This document shows positions 53,900-64,000 of a stretch of 64,000 nucleotides of DNA, in pieces; position 1 is the first letter of the stretch, and every line of letters starts with the position of its first letter. The position numbers were made by a program, and so were the translations under genes. Under the pieces are notes generated by a model, which was not told the origin of the DNA, ran no database searches, and was given only the letters and a program-made list of their open reading frames with translations. The stretch is from Lama glama (Eukaryota), in the NCBI GenBank assembly GCA_028534125.1, contig CM052818.1:38938001-39002000 (forward strand). Direction: 5' to 3'.

Positions 53900-55550
53900 A
53901 GATGGATTTACAAGGAAGAAGGGACTTTTCAATACATGATACTGGTACAATTCGCTAGACACAATTAAAAAAAGAAGCTAATTCCCTTACTTAATGTCAT
54001 TAAAAAAAATCCAAATGGATTAAAAAGACCATGTGCACAAGTTATAAAAGAACGGGAGAACCAAAAGACAAAGACAAAGATATACTCATACAGGAAAAAG
54101 AAGTCTGGATGCTAGAAGGAAGAATTCACAGCTGCAAGAGTCAAAAGCAGTTCTCTCTGGGACAGAAGCGAGAGAAATGGGAAGAAGTGGAACCCAGATC
54201 TGTAATATTTTGACTTAAAAAAAATTAAATACAAAATCGTTAATTTAAAAAAAGAGAGTCAGAGAACACTATGTACTACTTTTTCAATAAATCTGAAACT
54301 TAGAAAAAATAGATGACTTGTATGGTATAGCCATTAAATACATTAAATCAGAAGTTAACAATTTTATAAGAAAAACAAAAAAAAATAGGTCCAATGACTA
54401 TGGGGGCACTCTGCCAAATTTCACAGAACAGATAATACTAATATTCCGCAAATTATCAGAGAAAAGAAAAAGTGGAGACATTGCCCAAATCATTTGATGA
54501 GGTTTGAATAGTCTTACCATCACCATATAAAAATAGGTCAAGAAAAAAATTTTAAATCAATCCCATTTATGAATCTACATGCAGAATTTCTGAACACAAC
54601 ATTAGAAAATTGAACCCAACAATTTCTGTTTATCATGATAAAATTGGCTTATCTCATAAAAGCAAAGATGTCTAAATTTCAGAAAACATATTACTATAAC
54701 TTACTTACCATATTAACACATTAAGGGAAAAATATTATCTCAACAGCTTCAGAAAACATATTTGCTAGAGTTTTACACTAATAATGGAAAAAATTGAAAG
54801 TAACTGAAGAGATCTGCTTTAATATCATAATGTGAATCTACAAAAAAACTACAGTGAACAATGCACTTAATGACAGAATGTTAGTGATATTCCCTTCAAA
54901 GAATGAGGTAAGAATGATTGCAATCACTGCTTCTATTAAGCATTGTACTGGAAGTCTAACAAGTGTAGCAAGGCAAAAATAAAATTATAATAATTGAAGA
55001 AAAAACAAAATTGTCATCATTCATAGGCAATTTGATTGTCTGCATAGAACCAATAATTATTAAAAGAGAGTTCAGCTTAGAACAAAATCACATTCTAATA
55101 TATTAATATCAAAAAATTAGAAAGTGTCATTTTATAAAACACATGAATTGTATCTATTGCCACAATAATGCTATGTGACAAATCATCTCAAACTCAGTAG
55201 CTTGAAACAACAATCCATTTAGTTTTGCTTTCATACCTAAAAGTAGTTGGGGTTCAACAGATATGCCCTTGGTCTGGTTCTGCTTCAAACTGCAGACTGG
55301 AAAATATGGTTAATGATAAAGATAATATTTCAAATCAACTGGGGAAAAGATGGGTTATTCAATAAATGGTGTTGAAATATCTAGGTAGGCATATGGGAAA
55401 AAATATTAAGATATATCTGTATTTTATACCTTTTACCAAGATAAATAACAAATGAATCATGGATTTAAATGTAAAAACAAAAGTCCCAGAAGGACTACGA
55501 GAAATTAGGAACATTTTTTATTTTTAAATCACAGAACCCAGAAGCCATGT
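53900..55550 (+). mobile_element. Old, degraded L1 ORF2 region
   Basis: A-rich sequence with L1 RT-region remnants (cattgtactggaagtct, attcaataaatggtgttg). Confidence 0.7.
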
Positions 55551-55649
55551 TTCTGTCAGAGTCTAATCAGCAATTTTATTAACAGGAGAAAGTTAATGTA
55601 AAGAACTGTCAACCACGCTAAACCACTGAAAGGGCAAGAGAAGAATGGG

Positions 55650-56540
55650 ATATGTGAAATAACAAGAAATACATATTTTGGTCTCTGCTGCCAACTTCTG
55701 CTAGTATTTGGTCCTTGACACAAAGTTTCTTAAACCTTTGTAATTCCCTGAGTGATAAAGTTGCGTGGAGCATCTTTGTTCTAATATTTGGTCTCTGATC
55801 CCATTCCTGACACAGAGCTTCTAAAATCCTTGTAATTTCCTGAGTAATGGGGGTGATAAGAGCCTCTTAGCAGAGCTCCTAAATCCCTTGGAATTTCCTG
55901 GGTGATAGGAGCATCTTCTGTCCTAATGCACGGGCTCCAGGTGGGGGCCACTCACCAGAAAGACTAAGCCATGATTAGAAGCTTGGAACATTCAACCCCA
56001 AACCCTATTCTCCAGGGAGGGAACAGGGGCTAGAGACTGAGTTAATAATCCATCATGCCTATGTGATAAAGCCTCCATAAATGTCCCTAAGGTGTGAGCT
56101 TCAGGTAGCTTCTACACTGGTCCAGGGGGCACACCCCCAACTCCCTAGCAACAGAAGCTCTTACACTGGGGAGCCCTTCAGACCTTGCCTTATGTACCTC
56201 TTCATCTGTTGTTCATCTGTATCCTTTATTATATTCTTTATTATAAACCAATAAACATAAGTGTTCCCCTGCATTCTGTGATCTATTTTAGCAAATTATC
56301 AAACACAAGGAAGGGGTTGTGGGAACCCCCAGTTTACAGCCCATTAGTCAGAAGTACAGGTGACAACCTGGGACTTGCAACTGGCATCTGAAATGGAGGA
56401 CAGTCTTGTGGAACTGTGCTAATTCCAGGCAGTTAGTGTCAGAATTAGGTCAATTCCAGTTGCTGTCCATCAAAAATTGGAGAATTACTTGGTGTGGAAA
56501 ATCTCTCACATTTGGTGTCAGAAGTAGTATAAGTTGTAGC
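55650..56540 (+). mobile_element. ERV LTR (MER21C-like)
   Basis: Internal repeats tatttggtctctg...cctgacacagagc, gtgacaacctgggacttgcaactggcatctgaa, tttggtgtcagaagt. Confidence 0.75.
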
Positions 56541-56559
56541 AAAAGAAACAGGAGTTTTC

Positions 56560-58400
56560 TTTTAGCATAAATAATGGAAATAAATAGAAACTTTTTCAGC
56601 CAAACTACAAGACATATGATCCACAACTCAAAAATGCATAAAGGTTCCCCAAAGCTGCTAAATTCACTTCATAATCTTTGCAAAGGTAATATGTTGTGAA
56701 AGCCCCTTGGGGTAGAGTAGGGAAGTGAAATGCAAAACAGCCCAAGGGGAACAGATCCCAGAAACCCCAGCACGAAGACTTCTTTTAGGTAAGAGGCTCA
56801 AGCTGAGGTGATAAATGAATATCCCTTACACACACTGTAAGAGCTGTGATAGTTAAGGAGGACGGGGGGAAGTGAAACAACCTAGTAAGAACCAATACGA
56901 GAAAAACATTAGCAAAACTTGTCCCCTGAAGCAAACCCCAACAAATATGTCAACCAGGGAAATTTAAAGGCAGCCAGCATTAATTCAAAGGAAAAAAAAA
57001 AAAAAGGCAGGACATTGCTGCTAAACTTACCAGCTACAAAGAATCACCAAAAATGTTGCCCTGAAATAGATGAACATTCTGATGAAACATTTGGCCACTG
57101 CATTAGAAGACTTAATGAAGAAATAACCTCAATATGGAAGAATCAATAAAAGAAATATGTAGTCCCAGAGAACAAATGGTGAGAAGACAAGAAAAAAACT
57201 TGATCTCACATACTTGCAGAACTCAGAAAAAAAACGTGCAAGAAAAAAAAAATCACAGAAATCAAACAAAAGTACAAGTGTACGGGGGTATAAATACAGT
57301 AGAAAACACAGTAAAAGAGCTCAAGGGTAGAAATGAAACAAGTATAGAAAATGAAACAAGTATAGAAAATGAAACAGAAATACAGACTTTAAATCATAAA
57401 GACATTAATACATAGAAAAGACAGACAGCAGAGATGCAACGAGCACAGAAATGCAGTCCTCAAAGAGGAAAAACAAAACCGTGGAACTGGACAAATCATG
57501 CAAGGAGACACTCTTGCAATAAAAGGCAACTTGACACACTGTGTACCAGCAGAAGTGGACACAAAATGGTCACTGCTGAGACATATTAGATGTTAAAAAT
57601 AAAGAAACAATACCTCTTCCTGTTTCTCTTCCTCTTTCTTTTCCCTTCCCCTTCTAATCAATTCAGTGCAAGTCATCTGGTGGCACCAAGCAAAACAGGA
57701 ATGCATGAAGGGAGGGAGAGAAAGGGCTGCTGCCATAGTCATGCTGGAGACCAAGCAGAGGAAGGAGGACATCTGGGCAGAAGAGTGCAATGGACTGACT
57801 ACGTCCCCCTTCCCAATTCATATGTTGAAATCCCAACCCCCAATGTGATGTGATAGGAGGTGGGGCATCTCCTTAGGGAGATGATTAGGTCATGAGGGTG
57901 AAGCCTTCATGAACGGGATTAGTGCCCATAAATTATGAAAGGGACCCCGGAGAGCTCCTTCACTCTCTTTCCACCATGTGACAACACAGTGAGAAATTGG
58001 CAGTCTGCAACCTGGAAGAGGGTCCTCACCAGAACTCAGCCGTGCCGGTACCCTGGTCTCAGTTGTCCAGTTTCCAGAACTGTGAGAAATACATGTCTGT
58101 TGTTTATAAGCCACCCAGTCTCCAGTACTTCGTTATAGCAGCCTGGACTAAGACACAGAGTGACCTGTCCTGGGAGGTTGGAGCCTAAGGAGGGTGCCAC
58201 ATGGGGACAACTGGCTTGTAAAGGGTGTCACAGCCTGCATGGGGTGAGGCGAGTGTCCGTGTTGGAGACTGAGCGGGTGAGGAGGGCTTCTGTATGGTGG
58301 GAAGCTCGGCCCAGGGTGTTGGGCCCAAGCAGTGTGAGAATGGCCTCAGCACAGGAAGGGAGGCAGTCCAGCCCATGTTGCAGCCTGACTGGGGTCTGGG
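56560..58400 (+). mobile_element. Old L1 ORF1-region remnant interrupted by an MLT1A/B LTR (about 57788-58158)
   Basis: A-rich ORF1-like sequence. LTR: tggactga...attcatatgttgaaatcc...tttataagccacccagtc...gactaagaca. Confidence 0.6.
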
Positions 58401-58845
58401 GCCATGAGGAGCAGTCAGGGTAAACGGGTCATGGGTACTCAACAAAGCTCAGAGACAGCAGGTTATCAGGACCAATGTGTAGATGACAAGAAAGGCAGAC
58501 AAGGAGTATGGGTAGGTAAGATATAAATGTAGGACAGCTCCCCACCTCTGGACTCAGGAACCACGGTGCCCAGCTCAGCAGAGCACACAGTGCCCAGCAT
58601 GACCAGGAGGCCCAGGGCTGCCAGGGGGACAAACAACTGCGGAGACATGAAGGTGCCAGAGCTGATCAGGGACACTAGCTCAGGTTAATTTCCTTTCCTC
58701 TGCCAGTGTCGCACCTCCAGGCTATTGCCTGCCACCCTCTCACTTCCATTTCTTCTCCCCAACTCAGGATTTCAACAGAAGCTGCCCCTAGTTAATCAGA
58801 GGGAAATGCTGAGCCTCCTTCAAGAGTTAATGATTACAGCAGCCC
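58400..58845 (-). pseudogene. Unprocessed SLC7A15-like pseudogene fragment (exon 1 plus proximal promoter)
   Basis: Residual peptides SLISSGTFMSPQ, TVCSAELGTVVPESRGG and LSLSFVEY align to SLC7A15 exon 1. ATG changed to TTG at 58760-58762; deletions and frameshifts present. Upstream ctcaggatttcaacag and agagttaatgattacag match 39945-40041. Confidence 0.88.
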
Positions 58846-59324
58846 AAGGGCGGTTAAACTGAAGGACAAGCAGGTGACTCTGAAGACCTTGGTTCCAGCC
58901 CTGGGCTCTGTGTCTGGCATCTTACTGACTCAGGCTTATGTAAACGCGGGACACATGTTCCCAGGACAACTCACCCAAGTTCCAAAAAGGAGAGGCTTTC
59001 ATGCAAGCTCCTAGTATTCACTCTCTAAAGCCATTGGTGTAGAACCAGTGGAAGAGGATTCTACACTTAAAATGTAAACTCCAAGCAATTGCAGATGGAA
59101 AGACAGAATTCTTTGTAATGGGCATATTGGCAAAGATATCAAGAGGCGCTCCCTCCAGGTCAGACAGCATGGGATGACAGTTACAGGTGAGAAAGCCCCA
59201 GAAATAACGACGAGGAAAGATGGACAGGACCAGACAGAGATGTTTTCATCAGTCATATCTGGATAAGGATTTCACCAATGCCCTAGTATGAAGAGATTGG
59301 ATTTAATGCCAGAATGACTCTAGT

Positions 59325-59520
59325 ACTAGCTGTAATAAAATAATCTGTGATAATGGAAATACTGTCCTTCTGCGCTAATACAGCACTGACATGTAGGTAT
59401 TCAGCACCAGATATGTGGCTAGTGCAGCTGAGGAACTGCATTTTTAATTTTACTTAATTTTCATTAATTAAAATATTTAAATGGGCACACGTGGTTACAT
59501 CAGTCGGTGCCACGCTACAG
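59325..59520. mobile_element. MER3-like hAT DNA transposon
   Basis: ctgtgataatggaaat...atgtggctagtgcagctgaggaactg...cacgtggtta. Confidence 0.65.
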
Positions 59521-60040
59521 AATTTTTGATCATTGTATAATTGACTGCTGGCATGCTGTGTGATTTATCTGGGTTATTTTCAATTGTCTCAGATAACCTA
59601 AAAGGTATTTTTTGTGTAAATAAAATTCTTAGTTAAAGAATCCTTCTGAATTTGTATAAGACAAATTTGTAGGGCTCTGGAGTCATGTTTACGCAAGTTA
59701 AGTGAATTCAGCTGCCCCTTGTGGCCCAGGTGGTGGTGTCCAGTTGTGGGAAGCAAATGAGAAAGTGCACCCCCCATGGGCACTGTTGAATCACGATGAT
59801 GATCAGTTGCTACCTTGTGTTATGAAGAAGCTTTGTGAATAGGCGAAGTGCCACGCAGACTTCCCAGGGGAGTAGAATGCCCCAGGAATTCCATCCCTAC
59901 CTAACCTTCTCCCCAAAACCTATCAGACAGAGGCCAGAAGGAGAAGTGGCATTGTTCTCTTCAGACCAGCACTGTGGTGTCCTATGGGGGGAAAGTAACA
60001 GAGAGAGGGCAGCCAAGATGGGGAAAGAAGAAAATAGGTG

Positions 60041-60300
60041 GGAATAAACAACAAGGTCCTACTGTGTAGCACGCACAGGGTAATGCGCATATTGGCAAAG
60101 ATATCAAGAGGCGCTCCCTCCAGGTCGGACAGCATGGGATGACAGTTACAGGTAAGAAAGCCCCAGAAAATAGTCAGTATTTTGTAATAATGTACAACGA
60201 AAAAGAATACAGATAGATAGATAACTGAATCACTATGCTATATACCAGAAACTAACACAACACTGTAAGTCAATTATACTGCAATTAAAAAAAGGAAGAA
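60041..60300 (+). mobile_element. L1 3' fragment carrying a 90-bp non-L1 insert
   Basis: ataaacaacaaggtcctactg...caattatactgcaatt and a tail. TSD agaaaataggtg at 60029-60040 and 60301-60312. Confidence 0.85.
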
Positions 60301-62639
60301 AGAAAATAGGTGAGAAATGAGGGGTACAATGTGATCAGCAGGAAAGGGAAATTATCTGGTGCCTGAGATAACAAACCAGCCATTTTTAAGACCACTCTGG
60401 TGAGAACTTACTAATGCATTAAAAAAAAAAAAAAAAAGCTCCCTTTTCAACCTCAAAGACTCAGGAGCCTTCTGGGACCCACAAACTTAAGACTGACCAA
60501 GGTGCCAGAGGAGCTGGGTTCCAGGCAGAAATTTCTCTGACTTTTGCAAAGTACTTTACAGCCTCAGCCCTGGAGCAACCCTGCTGGTTTCACCTAGATG
60601 TTCAGACCTCAGTATCCTGTGGCTGCCGCTAAGGTCATTTTAAAAAACAAAAAACAAAACTAATTTTTAACAATCATGAGATTGTCTTCTACCTCCCACC
60701 TACCTCTTTCTGAGGCAGAATCCCATTCAGTAGGGCCTCCCTTCAGGTATTTTCAGGCCCCCGGGGATGCTTTACTGGCTGTGGTTTACCTTTCCTGTCA
60801 CTTGCCAGCCTCCCCAACCTGGACAACTGATGTTCAGGCACATCCATGATGCTCAGACTGCAAACGCTAACCTCTGGCCAGCCCTGCAGCAGGTCTGGGG
60901 TCTCTCAGAGGAACGGTGTATAAATAAGTCCTGAAAGACACAAAGAGCTGTGCTCAGAGCCTGGAGTGTCCTTACAAAGTCTAAAAACCCAGGAGATACA
61001 GCTCTCCTCCCTTCAGTCAGAGAGCAGCAGTGCTGGAGGCACCCCTGGAGACAATCCCAAGTCATGCCATCATTCTGCTTGTGAGGACAGCGCCGGCTCC
61101 CCTGGGCTGGTCATCACCAGAACTTAGGATGGGTCCGATGGACCATGCCAAATTCGGGGAAACAGATCACATCAGTCGTTGCGTATTCTTAGCCTCATTC
61201 GGCTGTTTCAGATGTCCCCCCAGGTGTTTACAGGTGATCACCCGTTCAGCTGTCAGGGAGAAGACAGTTATCACAGAAGTCCTGCCACCCCCAGAGTCCT
61301 AAAGAAGTCCGAGCTGGTCCCTGAGGCCCCTATACCTGAGGGTGAATGGTGAAGCCATCCTCACAGGATGACCTCAGGAGTCATCCTGCCCTCCTGGGGA
61401 TTCTGTGGCCCTCCCATTGCCCTCCAGGCCTTGGCCCTGGGGCAAGGGGGATCTGCCTAAGTCAGGACTGGCTCTGGGCATCAGAGCCTAGGCTCTGTGT
61501 TGGGGTCTGAGCTCCATCCTAAACTCCCAACATGACTGACTGCCTTGTAACTTGGTCCTCTCCTGTCTCTCCTAAGACATCCTCACCCACGGCCAGCACC
61601 CCCAAATTCCCTGCCCTGAAAAAATATTACTTGTTTTGTTTTCTGCTTCCGAACCAGGCACAGTCCTCCTTGACCCCAGTAAACCACAAAGCCAGTGCCC
61701 AGGAGCAGGCAGTGAGGGGAGAGCCCATCAGCAAGTGAAACTCCAGGTCCAGAGCACAGGGCAGCAGGTGGTGGAGACATCCCTCAACCCCTCAGGGAGT
61801 TGGCAGCAGTTAGCAGGAGGGGCCTAGGGGTCCTCATGGTGAGCACTGTTGTGGGAACTTCCAGAGGCTACCCGGTGCCTCCTTGGGTCACCAGCCCCTG
61901 TTGGAGGTGGAGGGGCAGCCCCTGACAACTCAGCTGCCTCCCTAAAGGAGAAAAGGGGGAGGCTTGTGCTGAAGGGGGTCTGGGTGCTCTCCTGAGCCAA
62001 CTTTGGCCCCTCTCTGAGGCCCTGTGGTCCCCATTCCGGAACCTTCAGCTCCTAGAGCAGTCCTCTAAGGTCTAAATCATGCTTGGCACATAGCATGAAC
62101 TTAAGAAATATTCGTCTAATGAAAATATGACTCTGAAAGTAAGGCTTGCTTACCTGTAGCTGCTGGTTTCATGCAAAACAGATTGTAGCCCCCTTATCCC
62201 TTGTGCATTGGGACAGTGCCCTGTCCCCCTCACTGTCTCAGTCCCTGGCCCTTAGCAAGAACTCGGTGGGACTGTCACAGGGCCCACTTTGCAAGTCTCT
62301 CTCAGCATGGACAGAATTAGGGCTTGGGAAGCCCCCAGGATTCTCTAGTTGAGGCAGAATTTTGACAAGTCTGGGCAGAATCTTGTCCTCACTCCTGTCA
62401 GACTGGTTTGGATGGCTCCAATTCATGGAGTCTGCATTCCCCAAAAGTGTCATAAACACCTCACAGTGTCAGCTCTCCCACATCTCAACCTCACTTTCCC
62501 TGGGCAGCAGCCCCCTGTGGTGAAGACAGAAGCAGAGCCAGACATCTAACCGCATCTCTTCAGAGGGTCTGGAGGGAATCCCTATAAAAGCTTTTCCCCC
62601 AGAGATGCTTAGGCAAGCGTGAGTAGACACCTCCCATGA

Positions 62640-63520
62640 GGAGTTCATTCGCTCCACACATCAGGCAGTGTTCTAGGAGTTGGGGTCCAGCACTGACCAC
62701 TACACACAAAGTCCCCGCCCTCCTGGTGTGGGGAAGACAGATAATAAATACACAAATAATTCTTGGGACGGCGCTAAGTGCCAAGAAGAAAAAGTAGTCA
62801 GAGTAACCCCTTGTACAGAATGCCTACAAAGGACATGAGTGTATGAGTGTGTGTATGTGTGTGTGAGCATGCACACACATGCGTTATCTGAGGCAATGTT
62901 TTCAGAGATCTTCCCAATAAAGAGAATTTGAACAGAGACCTGGAGGAAGTGAGAAAGTGAGCTCTGCATGTATCTGGGGGAAATGTCTAGGCAGAGGAAT
63001 TAAAAACACACAGACCCTGAGCAAGAGTGTCTGGTATGTTTTAGGAACAGCCCAGGGTCCAGTGTGGCTTAAGTGAGGGTGAGAGGAAGGGATCTGAGAG
63101 GTAGCTGGGAGCCAGATCACGATTTTGGTAAAGATTTTGAATTTATTCCAAGTGACACGGGCAATGTCTAAAGGGTTCTGAGTAGAGGACAGACATGATC
63201 TGACTTGAGTTATAAAACGGACAAACTTGCTGCTAGTTGCAGAACAGACTGGAACTGGGCAGGAGTGGGGTCAGGGAGACAAGGTTTTGCAGTAATCTAG
63301 CTGAGGGATGGTGGTAGCCCAGACCACAGTGGTTAATGGTCGTGGTGGAAGCAGTAAGAAACATGTGGAATCTGGGTTTATTATTTAATCTGGCTCAAAG
63401 GCAGAGCCAGCAAGATTTTCTGATGGATTGAGTGATATGGGAGAAAGATAAAAGTCAAAGATGACTCCAGGGATGACTCAGACTGCTGATCTGAGCAAAC
63501 AGGAAGAATGAGGCTACCAT
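62640..63520 (-). mobile_element. L2 LINE fragment
   Basis: Antisense L2 motifs: ttgaacagagacctgga, cagtgtggct, gacatgatctgactt, gtcaaagatgactccagg. Confidence 0.75.
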
Positions 63521-64000
63521 GAGGAAACGCTTTCAACCCGAGGATCTTGTATTTCTTTGAAAATAAAATGAAAATCAGGCATCAAGGAAGGGACAAGCCA
63601 ATGATCTGGACTTAATAAATTATAGTCCAGTGAAGATGGTGACCCTGTGAATGTGCATGCCGGTGGGCATGTAAGTACACAAGGGCCCTCGTGAAGACAG
63701 GACACTGATGGTGGGCACAAGGATGCAGAAGCAGGCTAGTACATGGCACCTGTGGAGGGTGACGACAGGTGTTCAGCATGATATGCATGGACCATAAGGT
63801 ATCCCCAGACAGAATTTTGTTTAAAGCAGCAGCCTGAAAGGGCAGTGACTCATCTTGTTTTGACCAATTGCACTAGGCTTTTGACTTGAATAGTTCAATA
63901 AGATTCACCCAGCTCTGATATCATCTATAGCAAAATCTTGAGGTTTTATTTGGGACTTTATGTAGACACCAAAAGGATTAGTTGAGAACGAAGAGCACAT

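Noticed and set aside
50630..56560. Remaining exons 2-6 of the SLC7A15 paralog
   Set aside because: No recognisable homology by eye; the interval is filled with LTR and L1 fragments.
57330..57378. 18-bp tandem repeat giving ETSIEN repeats in ORF 57134-57415
   Set aside because: Local slippage inside a dead L1 ORF1 remnant.

Overview
Mammalian genomic DNA, most likely a camelid (inferred from tRNA-derived Vic-1-like SINEs and the young L1 3' ends). The window holds: (1) the intronless RHOB gene on the minus strand (CDS 7562-8152), with its CpG island, promoter and 3'UTR; (2) a full-length RPL6 processed pseudogene nested in a hAT/Charlie transposon; (3) an intact six-exon SLC7A15 (arpAT) amino-acid transporter gene on the minus strand (30930-39944, 487 aa assembled by hand, with one GC-AG intron); (4) a decayed second copy of SLC7A15 exon 1 and its promoter at about 58.4-58.85 kb. 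That copy and a repeated block (about 28.2-29.4 kb vs 49.5-50.6 kb) point to an ancient tandem duplication of roughly 20 kb. Inside it, a CpG-rich non-coding core of about 570 bp has stayed about 96% identical while its flanks diverged, which suggests gene conversion or constraint on a regulatory element with MYB, RFX and NRF1-like motifs. Two short locally templated insertions (45 bp and 90 bp) interrupt transposon copies. The rest is ordinary interspersed repeats. Repeat family names come from recognition by eye and their boundaries are approximate.
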